Assembly: GCA_963850905.1 (NCBI GenBank)
Contig: CAWKMU010000003.1
Span: 1,536,001 to 1,600,000 of the forward strand
Origin: an uncultured Gemmatimonadales bacterium
Lineage (GTDB): Bacteria; Gemmatimonadota; Gemmatimonadetes; Gemmatimonadales; Gemmatimonadaceae
DNA length: 64,000 nt
Reading direction: 5' to 3'
Shown here: piece after piece, positions 20,024 through 28,253 of the stretch
Position numbering within the stretch: the stretch's first letter is position 1
Layout: every line of letters begins with the position of its first letter
The notes under the pieces: generated by a model
The model's input: the letters and a program-made list of their open reading frames with translations, nothing else
The model's database searches: none
What the model was told of the DNA's origin: nothing
Position numbers and translations under genes: made by a program

Positions 20024-20151
20024 GTTGTCCCGATGTGGGCTCCCGCGACAACGGCAAACCCGGCGAAAGCCGGCGACGCAAAGCTCTGGAGGCTACCGCT
20101 CACGCAGCAACACCGCGTGAGTCATGCCAGTCCGGCTACCGAACGGACAAC
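20024..20151 (+). ncRNA. c-di-GMP-I (GEMM) riboswitch, copy 1
   Basis: GGCAAACCCGGCGAAAGCCGGCGACGCAAAGC core with GNRA loop; P3 with GGCTAC/ATGCC receptor-like element and CTCACGC/GCGTGAG stem; 3' ACCG; closing helix GTTGTCC(20024)/GGACAAC(20145). Ends just before SD AGAGGA. Confidence 0.92.
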
Positions 20152-20168
20152 TCACAGAGGACACAGCC

Positions 20169-21524
20169 ATGCGCACTGCGCACGACTGGGGCCGAGCTAT
20201 AGGCCGTCCCCGCACGTCCGCACCGGTAAGCCGCAAGTCGTACTACTTCCGCGCGATCGTCTGCGGCGCAGCTGCGGCACTCGCTGCCTGCGACAACTCC
20301 GCGAAGAACACCACCAATCCAATGGATCCGGTCGCCGCGAGTGGTAGCGGTACCTTCCAGGACGAAGCGGTCCTCGTGATGTATCACGGTGTGGCGTACC
20401 CGCAGGTCAACGTGAAGCCCTCGGCCAACGTCGACATGAAGGTCGGCGAACAGTCGACGTTTACGGCGCGCTTGAACGAGCCCAGTGGCGACGCGTGGAC
20501 CTCGTGCTGCTCGACGTGGAAGAGCTCTGATGCGAGTGTCGCGTCGGTGAGCGTCACGGGTTACGGTGTTCGCGATGGCGAGCGCGGAGCCGTTGTCGCG
20601 CACAAGTCGGGCAAGGCGACGATCACGGTTACGACGCAGAGCGGAACGAAGGGGACGCTGGATGTCACTGTTGGTGATGGCTCCTCTGGAACCGGCTCCG
20701 GTGGCTCGAGCTCCGGCGGCAGTGGCGGGTCAGGCGGCGGCTCTGGGTCACCCCCCTCGAAGACCCCCGCGAAGAGTCCGACCGCGCCACCACCCAGCGG
20801 CAGCTACCATGAGCCGTCGGGCTTCGCGACGCAAATCAACACCGGGTCGATCTCATCGACGCGTGCGGTGAACGTCCTCACCCCGTCGTCGACCAGCCCG
20901 ACTGGTGGCTCGAGCGGAAATCTCACCGCCGCGCCCGGAGGCGGTCTCCGTATGTGGTACCGTCCGAACCTAGTGGCGGGCAACTCGCCGGTCCGATTTG
21001 GGTTCGACATCCCGTCATCGGGAAGCGGCTGGTACTATCAGCGAATGCAGGTCCGTTTCTCCTCCAACTGGACCAACGGGAATAACCCGCTCGTCAAGTT
21101 GTGCGAGCCGCGAACCATGCAATCCGGCAGCCCCACGGGTCCAGACGAGAACCATGTCATCTCGGCATTCGCCAGCGGCGCGCCGACCAACGGCTATCTG
21201 GGGGTGCTGTTGCAGGGTCCCGACAACCATTTCAGGGATCTGACCGAGGAGTCGGCCGGCATGGGGAATCTGAGTGACGGGAATTGGCACACAGTGGAAG
21301 TGCTCTTCAGCCCAGAGTCGTCACCCGGTGCTGGAAATGGCAGCTACCAGGGGTGGGTCGACGGCAAGGAGGTCGCCAACTATCGCAACGTCCAGTGGCT
21401 CGCGGCGGGGAACCGAGCGGGTTGGCCCTACCTGATGTTCGATCCGGTCTACGGGGGAACGAAGAGCGCCCCAGCGCACACCATGTACTGGGACGTCAAC
21501 AACATTTTCGTGGCTACACGCTAG
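20169..21524 (+). CDS. Lipoprotein: Ig-like (Big_2) domain, Gly/Ser/Pro linker, C-terminal beta-jelly-roll (polysaccharide-lyase/ConA-like) domain; paralog 1
   Basis: Lipobox LAA-C; WKSSDASVASVS...GKATITVT; C-terminal WHTVEV...GNGSYQGWVDG...FDPVYGG...YWD. SD AGAGGA precedes ATG 20169. Confidence 0.8.
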   Translation: MRTAHDWGRAIGRPRTSAPVSRKSYYFRAIVCGAAAALAACDNSAKNTTNPMDPVAASGSGTFQDEAVLVMYHGVAYPQVNVKPSANVDMKVGEQSTFTARLNEPSGDAWTSCCSTWKSSDASVASVSVTGYGVRDGERGAVVAHKSGKATITVTTQSGTKGTLDVTVGDGSSGTGSGGSSSGGSGGSGGGSGSPPSKTPAKSPTAPPPSGSYHEPSGFATQINTGSISSTRAVNVLTPSSTSPTGGSSGNLTAAPGGGLRMWYRPNLVAGNSPVRFGFDIPSSGSGWYYQRMQVRFSSNWTNGNNPLVKLCEPRTMQSGSPTGPDENHVISAFASGAPTNGYLGVLLQGPDNHFRDLTEESAGMGNLSDGNWHTVEVLFSPESSPGAGNGSYQGWVDGKEVANYRNVQWLAAGNRAGWPYLMFDPVYGGTKSAPAHTMYWDVNNIFVATR

Positions 21525-21546
21525 TTCGTAGCACCTGACGCGACAT

Positions 21547-21581
21547 AAGAAGGGCAGGTCGAACTACGACCTGCCCTTCTT
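21547..21581 (+). terminator. Perfect 15-bp hairpin, probable terminator
   Basis: AAGAAGGGCAGGTCG-AACTA-CGACCTGCCCTTCTT just after the paralog 1 stop. Confidence 0.75.
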
Positions 21582-21837
21582 GCATCGCACAGAAGATCCG
21601 ACGCCGATTGTTGCACGACGCAGCACTCAGCGCGATGCCGGGTCGCGACGCGACGTAGTGAACCCGTGACGCGCATCGGTGAGAATGGACGTTGATCAAC
21701 TCGGTCGCGCGGATGATGTGTTGACGTCAAACGTTTTGTCGCGACTCACTCGCGTGCGCGCACATCAACGAACTCCATGCGATGCCCCACTGAACGCGCT
21801 TCTGAGACGAACCCAGCGAAAATCTTTCGTAAAGGGG

Positions 21838-21866
21838 TTGCGTATCAGACTGTTGATGGGCATCGT
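21838..21866 (+). promoter_or_regulatory. Putative sigma70-type promoter of unit 2
   Basis: TTGCGT-N17-CATCGT, followed by the same CGCGAC/GTCGCG hairpin as unit 1. Confidence 0.55.
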
Positions 21867-21892
21867 ACGCGCGACAACTGAACGTCGCGCTG

Positions 21893-22016
21893 GTTGTCCA
21901 GTGTGGGCACCCGCGACAACGGCAAACCCGGCGAAAGCCGGCGACGCAAAGCTCTGGAGGCTACCGCTCACGCACGCTGCCGCGTGAGCCACGCCAGTCC
22001 GGCTACCGAACGGACA
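21893..22016 (+). ncRNA. c-di-GMP-I (GEMM) riboswitch, copy 2
   Basis: Near-identical to copy 1; differences are mostly in the P3 loop. Upstream of SD AGAGGA and ATG 22036. Confidence 0.92.
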
Positions 22017-22035
22017 TCTCACAGAGGACACAGCC

Positions 22036-23388
22036 ATGCGCATTGCGCACGACTGGGGCCGAGCTTCGGGCCGTCCCCGCACGTCCGCCAAGGTAAGCCG
22101 AAAGTCGTCCTACGCCCGCGCGCTGCTATGTAGTGCAGCGGCTGCGCTCGCAGCGTGCGACAATTCCCCGAAAAGCGCCGCGAATCCGACGGATCCAGTC
22201 AACGCGATGGGTTCGCGTGAGAATGAGGCGGTTGGCACAGAGGTTCGCGGCGTGGCCTACCCACTGGTCACCGTGAAGCCATCGGCTAGCGTCGACATGA
22301 GTGTCGGCCAGCAGTCGACGTTCTCGGCACTGTTGAGCGAGCCGAATGGGAATTCATGGACGTCGTGCTGCTCGACGTGGACGAGTTCCGATGCGAGTAT
22401 CGCGTCGGTAAGCGCGACCGGCTACGGGGTTGAGGATGGCGAGCGTGGGATTGTTGTCGCGCACAAAGCCGGTACCGCAACGATCACGGTCACGACTCAA
22501 AGCGGAACGAGCGGCACGCTGAACGTCACCGTCGGAAGCGAGTCATCTGGGTCAGGGTCTGCTGGTGCCAGCTCCGGCGGCACTGGTGGCTCGAGTGGTG
22601 GCTCGGGGTCGGGTGGGACGCCAACGGCGAGTCCCTCGCCACCGCCACCGAGCGGTAGCTACCACCAGCCGTCGGGTTTCGTCCAGCAGGTCAATATGCC
22701 ATCGATTACATCGACTGCAGCGTTTTCCAACTTCAGTCCTACCAGCACCAGCTCGACCGGCCAGTGGAGCGGGAACCTGACTACAGTGCCTGGCGGATCC
22801 GGGTTGAGGATTACGTATCGCCCGAACCTCATGGCTGGAGGGTCTCCCGTCCGCTTCGGAATCTCTCTGGCATCAGCCGGATCGGGTTGGTACTACCAGC
22901 GCATGAAGATTCGCTTCTCGTCGAACTGGACGAATGCAAATAACCCGGTGGTGAAACTGTGCGAGCCCCAAACGGAGCAGGAGGGCAATCCGGCGGGGCC
23001 GGACGAAAACCATGTCATCTCGGCATTCGTCCACGCCGATCCGACTCAGAGCTACCTGACCGTTCTGTTGCAAGGCCCTGATAGCCACTTCCGGGATCTG
23101 ACAGAGCAACCGGTCGCTAACCCGGCTGCAAACTTGAGCGACGGGAATTGGCACACGATGGAGGTGCTGTTCGGTCCCGAGTCGTCGCCGGGTGCCGGGA
23201 ACGGAACGTACACCGGGTGGGTCGACGGCACGCAGGTCGCAAGCTACACCAACGTACAATGGCTCGCGGCCGGGAACCGAGCGGGTTGGCCGTACCTCTT
23301 GTTCGATCCGGTCTACGGCGGCATGGACAGTAGCCCGCCGTACATCATGTACTGGGACTTCGACGCCTTGTACGTCAGCACGCGCTAA
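22036..23388 (+). CDS. Lipoprotein Big_2 + lyase/ConA-like domain; paralog 2
   Basis: Lipobox LAA-C; co-linear and highly similar to paralog 1. Confidence 0.8.
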   Translation: MRIAHDWGRASGRPRTSAKVSRKSSYARALLCSAAAALAACDNSPKSAANPTDPVNAMGSRENEAVGTEVRGVAYPLVTVKPSASVDMSVGQQSTFSALLSEPNGNSWTSCCSTWTSSDASIASVSATGYGVEDGERGIVVAHKAGTATITVTTQSGTSGTLNVTVGSESSGSGSAGASSGGTGGSSGGSGSGGTPTASPSPPPPSGSYHQPSGFVQQVNMPSITSTAAFSNFSPTSTSSTGQWSGNLTTVPGGSGLRITYRPNLMAGGSPVRFGISLASAGSGWYYQRMKIRFSSNWTNANNPVVKLCEPQTEQEGNPAGPDENHVISAFVHADPTQSYLTVLLQGPDSHFRDLTEQPVANPAANLSDGNWHTMEVLFGPESSPGAGNGTYTGWVDGTQVASYTNVQWLAAGNRAGWPYLLFDPVYGGMDSSPPYIMYWDFDALYVSTR

Positions 23389-23457
23389 ATGTCTCCCGGA
23401 CAACAATCCTATAGCATGTACCGGGACGTCGATCAGATCCTTGTCAGCACGCGCTGA
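23389..23457 (+). pseudogene. Remnant duplicate of the paralog 3' end (MSPGQQSYSMYRDVDQILVSTR*)
   Basis: In frame directly after the paralog 2 TAA. Matches the paralog 3 terminus YTMYWDVDQIYVSTR* at DNA level (catgtac.gggacgtcgatcagatc...gtcagcac.cgctga). Confidence 0.7.
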
Positions 23458-23496
23458 TCGATGGCGCGGTCGGTGACCGTGGCACGTTAGAAGTTG

Positions 23497-23533
23497 GCGA
23501 GGGAGCAGGTCAAACATTGACCTGCTCCCTCGC
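23497..23533 (+). terminator. Perfect 17-bp hairpin, probable terminator
   Basis: GCGAGGGAGCAGGTCAA-ACA-TTGACCTGCTCCCTCGC then GCTCTTTC. Shares the GCAGGTC/GACCTGC core with the unit 1 hairpin. Confidence 0.7.
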
Positions 23534-23993
23534 GCTCTTTCGCGACACTTGTCTCACTGCGGTTCGACGTTGCGAAACCGTCTCAAGACCCGCTGCTTTC
23601 CGGCGACCGCGAGGTCGCCGACACCAGCGGGTGAGTGCCGCCTCCGACCACCGGTTGACATCGGCCGGCGCGGGTATCTCGCGCACCGTTCCCAACCGAC
23701 CTCTCCAGTCGTCGCTCTTCCGCGCTCGACTAGCGGGATTCCCCGCCGATCGGCACGGCTAAGGGAGGGTGCGAAGCCAGTTCAGCGGACAATTTGACTG
23801 ATCGTAGGCCTACGCCCCCATTAATAGGGGCTGGCGCTGTTGAGTCCGCTTGCTTACGTTAACTGGTAGCAAGGCTTTGGGGACGGTCGCCCGGCTGGCT
23901 CGATGTCAGGTCAAACCGCCCGACCCCAACCACGGACCGAGCAAGCGGGAGACTTCTAGATCACAGAAATGATCGCGGTGCCCCCCGAGGGCC

Positions 23994-24092
23994 TGCGACA
24001 AAGGCAAACCCGGCGAAAGCCGGGGACGCAAAGCTACGAGGCTACGGTCTGCCCTCAGAGTCGGGCATGCTATGCCAGTCGGGCCGCCGAAC
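23994..24092 (+). ncRNA. c-di-GMP-I (GEMM) riboswitch, copy 3
   Basis: GCGACAAAGGCAAACCCGGCGAAAGCCGGGGACGCAAAGC...GGCTAC...TGCCC/GGGCA...TATGCCAG...GCCG. Upstream of SD GGAGGG and ATG 24109. Confidence 0.9.
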
Positions 24093-24108
24093 AGAGCTGG
24101 AGGGGATC

Positions 24109-26007
24109 ATGGACGCTGCGATCAAACATCGCAGGCTGGCGGTCGCCGCCATCTGTCTCGTGGTGGCGGGTGGCTTTGCATGCTTCCGAGGCGACTCCCT
24201 CGTCGACCCCCCGGGGACAGCAGGCTACCGACCTCCCGACCCCCACGTAACCGCTATCACGCTCGCGCCGACTTCAGTCAATGCGCCGACGGGCGCTCAA
24301 GTCCACATTTCGGCTGACCCTATTGGCCCTTCTGGCGCTCCCGTGGCGGCCGATGTCGTCGCTTGGGTGTCGTCCGACCCCGATGCCGCAACTGTGTCGG
24401 GCTCAGGGATGGTCTCGCTACTTCACCGGGGCAAAACGACGATTACCGCCATCGCGGACGGAGTGACGGCGTCCGTCGCAGCCGTGGCCGAGGCACCGCT
24501 GGCGGCTTCGATGACGGTCACGCCGAGCACCAGCTTGATCGAGGCGGGTCAGCAGGTGCAGCTGATCGCGGTCGCGTACGATGCAACCGGTTCCGTCGAC
24601 TCCGGCGTGACGGTAACTTGGTCGTCCTCAAACACGGGAACGGTATCGGTGTCCAGCGGGGGTCTGGTGACGGCGATCGCGGTCGGCGTGGCAACCATTA
24701 CGGCGTCATCCGGCAGTGTGCGCTCGACGGCGACGATCCAAGTCACCTCCTCTACACCCGCAGTGGCGACGGTATCGGTCGCGCCGAACACGTCGTCGCT
24801 TTATCCTGGGAGCAATGAGCAGTTGACGGCTACGCTAAAGGACGCGGCGGGCGACATCCTGGGTGGCATCCCCGTAGCATGGTCGACATCGAGCGCGGGT
24901 GTTGCTTCCATTTCCGCTAGCGGTGTCGCGTTGGCGAACGCCATCGGATCGGCAACCATAACTGCGACTGCTGGTGGACACAGCGGCACCGCGACAGTGG
25001 ACGTCACGGCTCCGGTCGTCGCGTCGGTGTCTGTCAACCCCAGTTCTGGAACGATTAGCATCGGGCAAATCGAGCAATTCACGGCCACTCCCCTCGACGC
25101 CCAAGGCGCGCGGCTGAGCGTTCAAGTTTCGTGGAGCTCTAGCGACCCGAGCATGGCGTCGGTGTCGGCGAGCGGCGCCGTAACGGGTGATGCGGCGGGA
25201 TCGGTCAGTATCACCGCATCAGCAGGCGGCGTCACCGGCGCCGCGGCGGTGACGGTGCAATCGGGGCCGCCTGGTGGGTACCACGAGCCCTCAGGCATGG
25301 CGACTCAGATCAACACGGGGCCGATTACGTCGACGAGCGTGGTGACCACCTTCAGCCCGTCCACGATGACCTCTACCGGTGAGTGGATTGGGAACCTGAG
25401 TCTTGTGCCGGGAGGGACTGGCCTTCGGCTGACGTACACCACGAGCCTCGCGGCTGGCAACTCGCCGGTGCGCTTTGGCCACGGAATCGCGTCCGCGGGG
25501 ACGGGTTGGTACTATCAGCGCATGAAGGTCCGTTTCTCGTCGAACTGGACCAACGGGAACAATCCAATCATCAAAATGTGTGAGCCGCGGACCGAGCAGA
25601 CTGGTAGCGGTACGGGGCCCAACGAGAACCATGTCATTGGCGGCTGGGCCGGCAGCGCTCCCACCAAGAGCTATCTAACGGTGTTGTTGCAAGGCCCGAA
25701 TAACAATTTCCGGGACCTGATCGAACAGCCGCAGAGTAATCCTCAAGCGAATATGAGTGACGGGAACTGGCACGTCATGGAGGTGCTCTTCGGTCCCGAG
25801 TCATCCCCGGGTGCCGGCAATGGGACGTACCAGGGCTGGGTCGACGGCGTGCAAATCGCGAATTACACCAACGTGCTCTGGCTCGCGCCCGGCAACAATG
25901 TCGGCTGGCCATACCTCATGTTCGACCCGGTGTACGGTGGGACCAAGAGCAGTCCGCCCTATACCATGTACTGGGACGTCGATCAGATCTACGTCAGCAC
26001 CCGCTGA
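24109..26007 (+). CDS. Lipoprotein with about four Big_2 Ig-like repeats + lyase/ConA-like domain; paralog 3
   Basis: Signal peptide ending GFA-C; four W(x)SS...V..G.V...G..TITA repeats; same C-terminal domain (YHEPSG...GWYYQRMKVRFSSNW...YWDVDQIYVSTR). Confidence 0.82.
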   Translation: MDAAIKHRRLAVAAICLVVAGGFACFRGDSLVDPPGTAGYRPPDPHVTAITLAPTSVNAPTGAQVHISADPIGPSGAPVAADVVAWVSSDPDAATVSGSGMVSLLHRGKTTITAIADGVTASVAAVAEAPLAASMTVTPSTSLIEAGQQVQLIAVAYDATGSVDSGVTVTWSSSNTGTVSVSSGGLVTAIAVGVATITASSGSVRSTATIQVTSSTPAVATVSVAPNTSSLYPGSNEQLTATLKDAAGDILGGIPVAWSTSSAGVASISASGVALANAIGSATITATAGGHSGTATVDVTAPVVASVSVNPSSGTISIGQIEQFTATPLDAQGARLSVQVSWSSSDPSMASVSASGAVTGDAAGSVSITASAGGVTGAAAVTVQSGPPGGYHEPSGMATQINTGPITSTSVVTTFSPSTMTSTGEWIGNLSLVPGGTGLRLTYTTSLAAGNSPVRFGHGIASAGTGWYYQRMKVRFSSNWTNGNNPIIKMCEPRTEQTGSGTGPNENHVIGGWAGSAPTKSYLTVLLQGPNNNFRDLIEQPQSNPQANMSDGNWHVMEVLFGPESSPGAGNGTYQGWVDGVQIANYTNVLWLAPGNNVGWPYLMFDPVYGGTKSSPPYTMYWDVDQIYVSTR

Positions 26008-26035
26008 TTAGCAGACGGGGCAGGCCCGCCGAGCC

Positions 26036-27361
26036 CTACTCAATTCTTCGGGTTGCGCTTCCCGCGCGTGCAAGTTCGATGTATCTGGGGATCAGATCAC
26101 ACCCGATCTTCTCCCATGAGTAGTGCCGTTCGACCGTAGCTCGCGCCGCGGCGCCGAGCCGTTTTCGCAGCGCCGCGTCTGTCGTGACGGCTTGCACTGC
26201 CTCGGCGAACGCAACTGGATCGTCCCGAACGAGAATGTTAGCGCCGTCGCACGCCTCGAGTCCCTCACAGCCAACGCTCGTGCTGACCACCGCCTTCCCC
26301 ATCGCCCACGCATCCAAGATCTTGATTCGGGTCCCGCCGCCGACCCGAATCGGCACAATGTAGCACGCGGCTGCTCGAATCGCGGGCCGTACATCCTCCA
26401 CATACCCGGTCAGTTTGACGCCGAACCGTTCCTCATAGGCCCGGCGGTGCAGGTCAGTTGCTCTACCGATCCACTGAACGGGCACCGCCGACCCTGCCGC
26501 TCGCAGATGGGGCAGGATGGACTCGCAAAAGAAATCCAAACCATCTCGATTCGCAAAAGAGCTCAGCCCGCCCACTGCGACGAGACCGGTAGGAGCGACG
26601 TCGGTACTGGGCGTAAATGTGCTTACATCGACCCCGTTGGGCACAACCGCGAATCGGGCAGTGGGAGCAATGGACCTCAACGCTGCCTCGTCGACAGGCG
26701 ATACCGTGAGGTTGAGGGCGACTCGCGGGCACCACAGTCGTTCCTCATCTTCGGTAAGGCGCGCTTGGAGCGCGACGAAATGTTGGCGCAGCACACCTCG
26801 CTCAGCAGCCGCTCGACGACGCAACAGCACTGACTGCGCGTCATGGTGCGTGCAAACAATAGGCAGTCGGCCCAACTCCCCGAAATAGCCGGACAGGTCT
26901 AAGCTGTCGGCGTGCACGAGGTCGAACCGCTGACGAGATATTGCGATCCGCAACCGATGGAGGAAGTCGGCCGATTCATATGCGAACACAGTGTAGGCCC
27001 TCTGTTTGGCCACACTTCTCGCGTGGTCCCACAACAATCGGACCTTCGAGTGCTCCTGCGGAATCGGAAAGGCTTCGATCTTGCCGTATTCGCCAAGAGC
27101 GGCGAGCGCTTCGCCGACATCCGTGTGAAACAGGCCAGGCTTGTGGCGATAGAAGCAGAGCGCTGTAATGTCGAACGCGCCCGAGAGAAGGCGCATAATG
27201 TGGTACGTTCTGATCTTGGCACCGCCATCTGGGGGGTAGGGAAGGCCTTGTGACAAGAACAGCAGCTTGAGGCGGTCACGTGTGAGTGATTTAGTCACGT
27301 AGTGGTTTTCTCTCCGTGAAAACAGGGCGCGACGTCCGCCGGCCTGCGGCGTGGATTCCAT
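26036..27361 (-). CDS. GT4 glycosyltransferase (PEP-CTERM/XrtA-associated type)
   Basis: LPYPPDGGAKIRTY, VVPNGVD, TGYVEDVRP, PIRVGGGTRIKILDAWAMGKAVVST, YSWE. Confidence 0.9.
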   Translation of the reverse strand: MESTPQAGGRRALFSRRENHYVTKSLTRDRLKLLFLSQGLPYPPDGGAKIRTYHIMRLLSGAFDITALCFYRHKPGLFHTDVGEALAALGEYGKIEAFPIPQEHSKVRLLWDHARSVAKQRAYTVFAYESADFLHRLRIAISRQRFDLVHADSLDLSGYFGELGRLPIVCTHHDAQSVLLRRRAAAERGVLRQHFVALQARLTEDEERLWCPRVALNLTVSPVDEAALRSIAPTARFAVVPNGVDVSTFTPSTDVAPTGLVAVGGLSSFANRDGLDFFCESILPHLRAAGSAVPVQWIGRATDLHRRAYEERFGVKLTGYVEDVRPAIRAAACYIVPIRVGGGTRIKILDAWAMGKAVVSTSVGCEGLEACDGANILVRDDPVAFAEAVQAVTTDAALRKRLGAAARATVERHYSWEKIGCDLIPRYIELARAGSATRRIE

Positions 27362-28212
27362 CACTCAGCTGCTAGCTCCTGATCGCTGCCAGGCTCCGCC
27401 AAAATACAACTGACTCGGTTCACGAACAGTTCGCGTGCGGGCGAATGCCGCAACCAGTTCAACCCCCAACTGCAGTCGTACCGTTTGAACGTGCAGCGAA
27501 GACCTGACTCTTTCACCAGGCGCTCGAATTTCGCGAGCGACATCTGGCCGAGCCCCCCTCCCAGTACGTTCTCGGCCCATCGGACCGAAATAGGGAACGC
27601 GCCGACATTACAGTTTGCTCCGAAAACAAAAGTTGCACCCACGACAACCAGCAGAAGTACGCCATGTGAGCGCCCCAAGGCGCGTACCAGGGCGGCGCGA
27701 AGGTGATGAAGATTTTCCCGCCGGGCGCCAGTGTTTTGCGTATTTCGGCCAAAATCTCTGTTGGATTCAGGAAATGCTCGAAGCTGTTCTGGCTAATCAC
27801 GACGTCGCTTCGAGTGCCGCTGGGGATCTTCGACACGAAGCGTACCTTGTTCTCCACGCCTTTCTCGCTGCTGCGCCGGCTCGCGGCTTGAAGACACTGT
27901 TCGTTTGTGTCGACGCCGATCACTTGACATCTCCCAGTCATGGCGAACGCCACAGCCTGATACCCCAGGCCACAACCGAAATCCATCACGACCTTGCCCT
28001 GCAGTTCACTCTCGATGTCAGGAAAAACCTCGCGGAGCCGATCGAGTTCCTTCCCGTCCTCCCAATGGACTCCTTATCATAGGATAATCGGGCGTTCCTG
28101 GCGCACGACAGAAAAGCAATAGTGCACGTACGCGCCATCCGCGAGCTGCTGCAGCATGGGTTGCGTTGCTCACCGGCGTTCCCTCCTGCTTCTGCCTCCC
28201 ATGGTAAGCCAT
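27361..28212 (-). pseudogene. Class I SAM methyltransferase with two frameshifts (~28078 and G6 run 27553-27558)
   Basis: Three fragments join into one methyltransferase: ...RAPGTPDYP / HWEDGKELDRLREVFPD...VMDFGCGLG...NSFEH...PPWYAPWGAHM...RTYWEG / GLGQMSLAKFERLV... Confidence 0.75.
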
Positions 28213-28253
28213 GAGTCGTGGCACGCGAGCGAGGGGCGTGTCTCGCGGTTCCT

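Noticed and set aside
20680..20760. Gly/Ser-rich repeats in the lipoproteins as a DNA repeat element
   Set aside because: Codon-degenerate protein linker, not a nucleotide-level repeat.
23478..23495. TGGCACG as a sigma54 promoter for lipoprotein 3 (also TTGGCAC at 30482)
   Set aside because: No GC at the -12 position with the required 10-nt spacing.
20024..24092. cGAMP-sensing (GEMM-Ib) riboswitch variants, or a CRISPR-like repeat array
   Set aside because: Position 20 is G in all copies. The repeats are about 2 kb apart, each ahead of a gene, with no spacers or cas genes.
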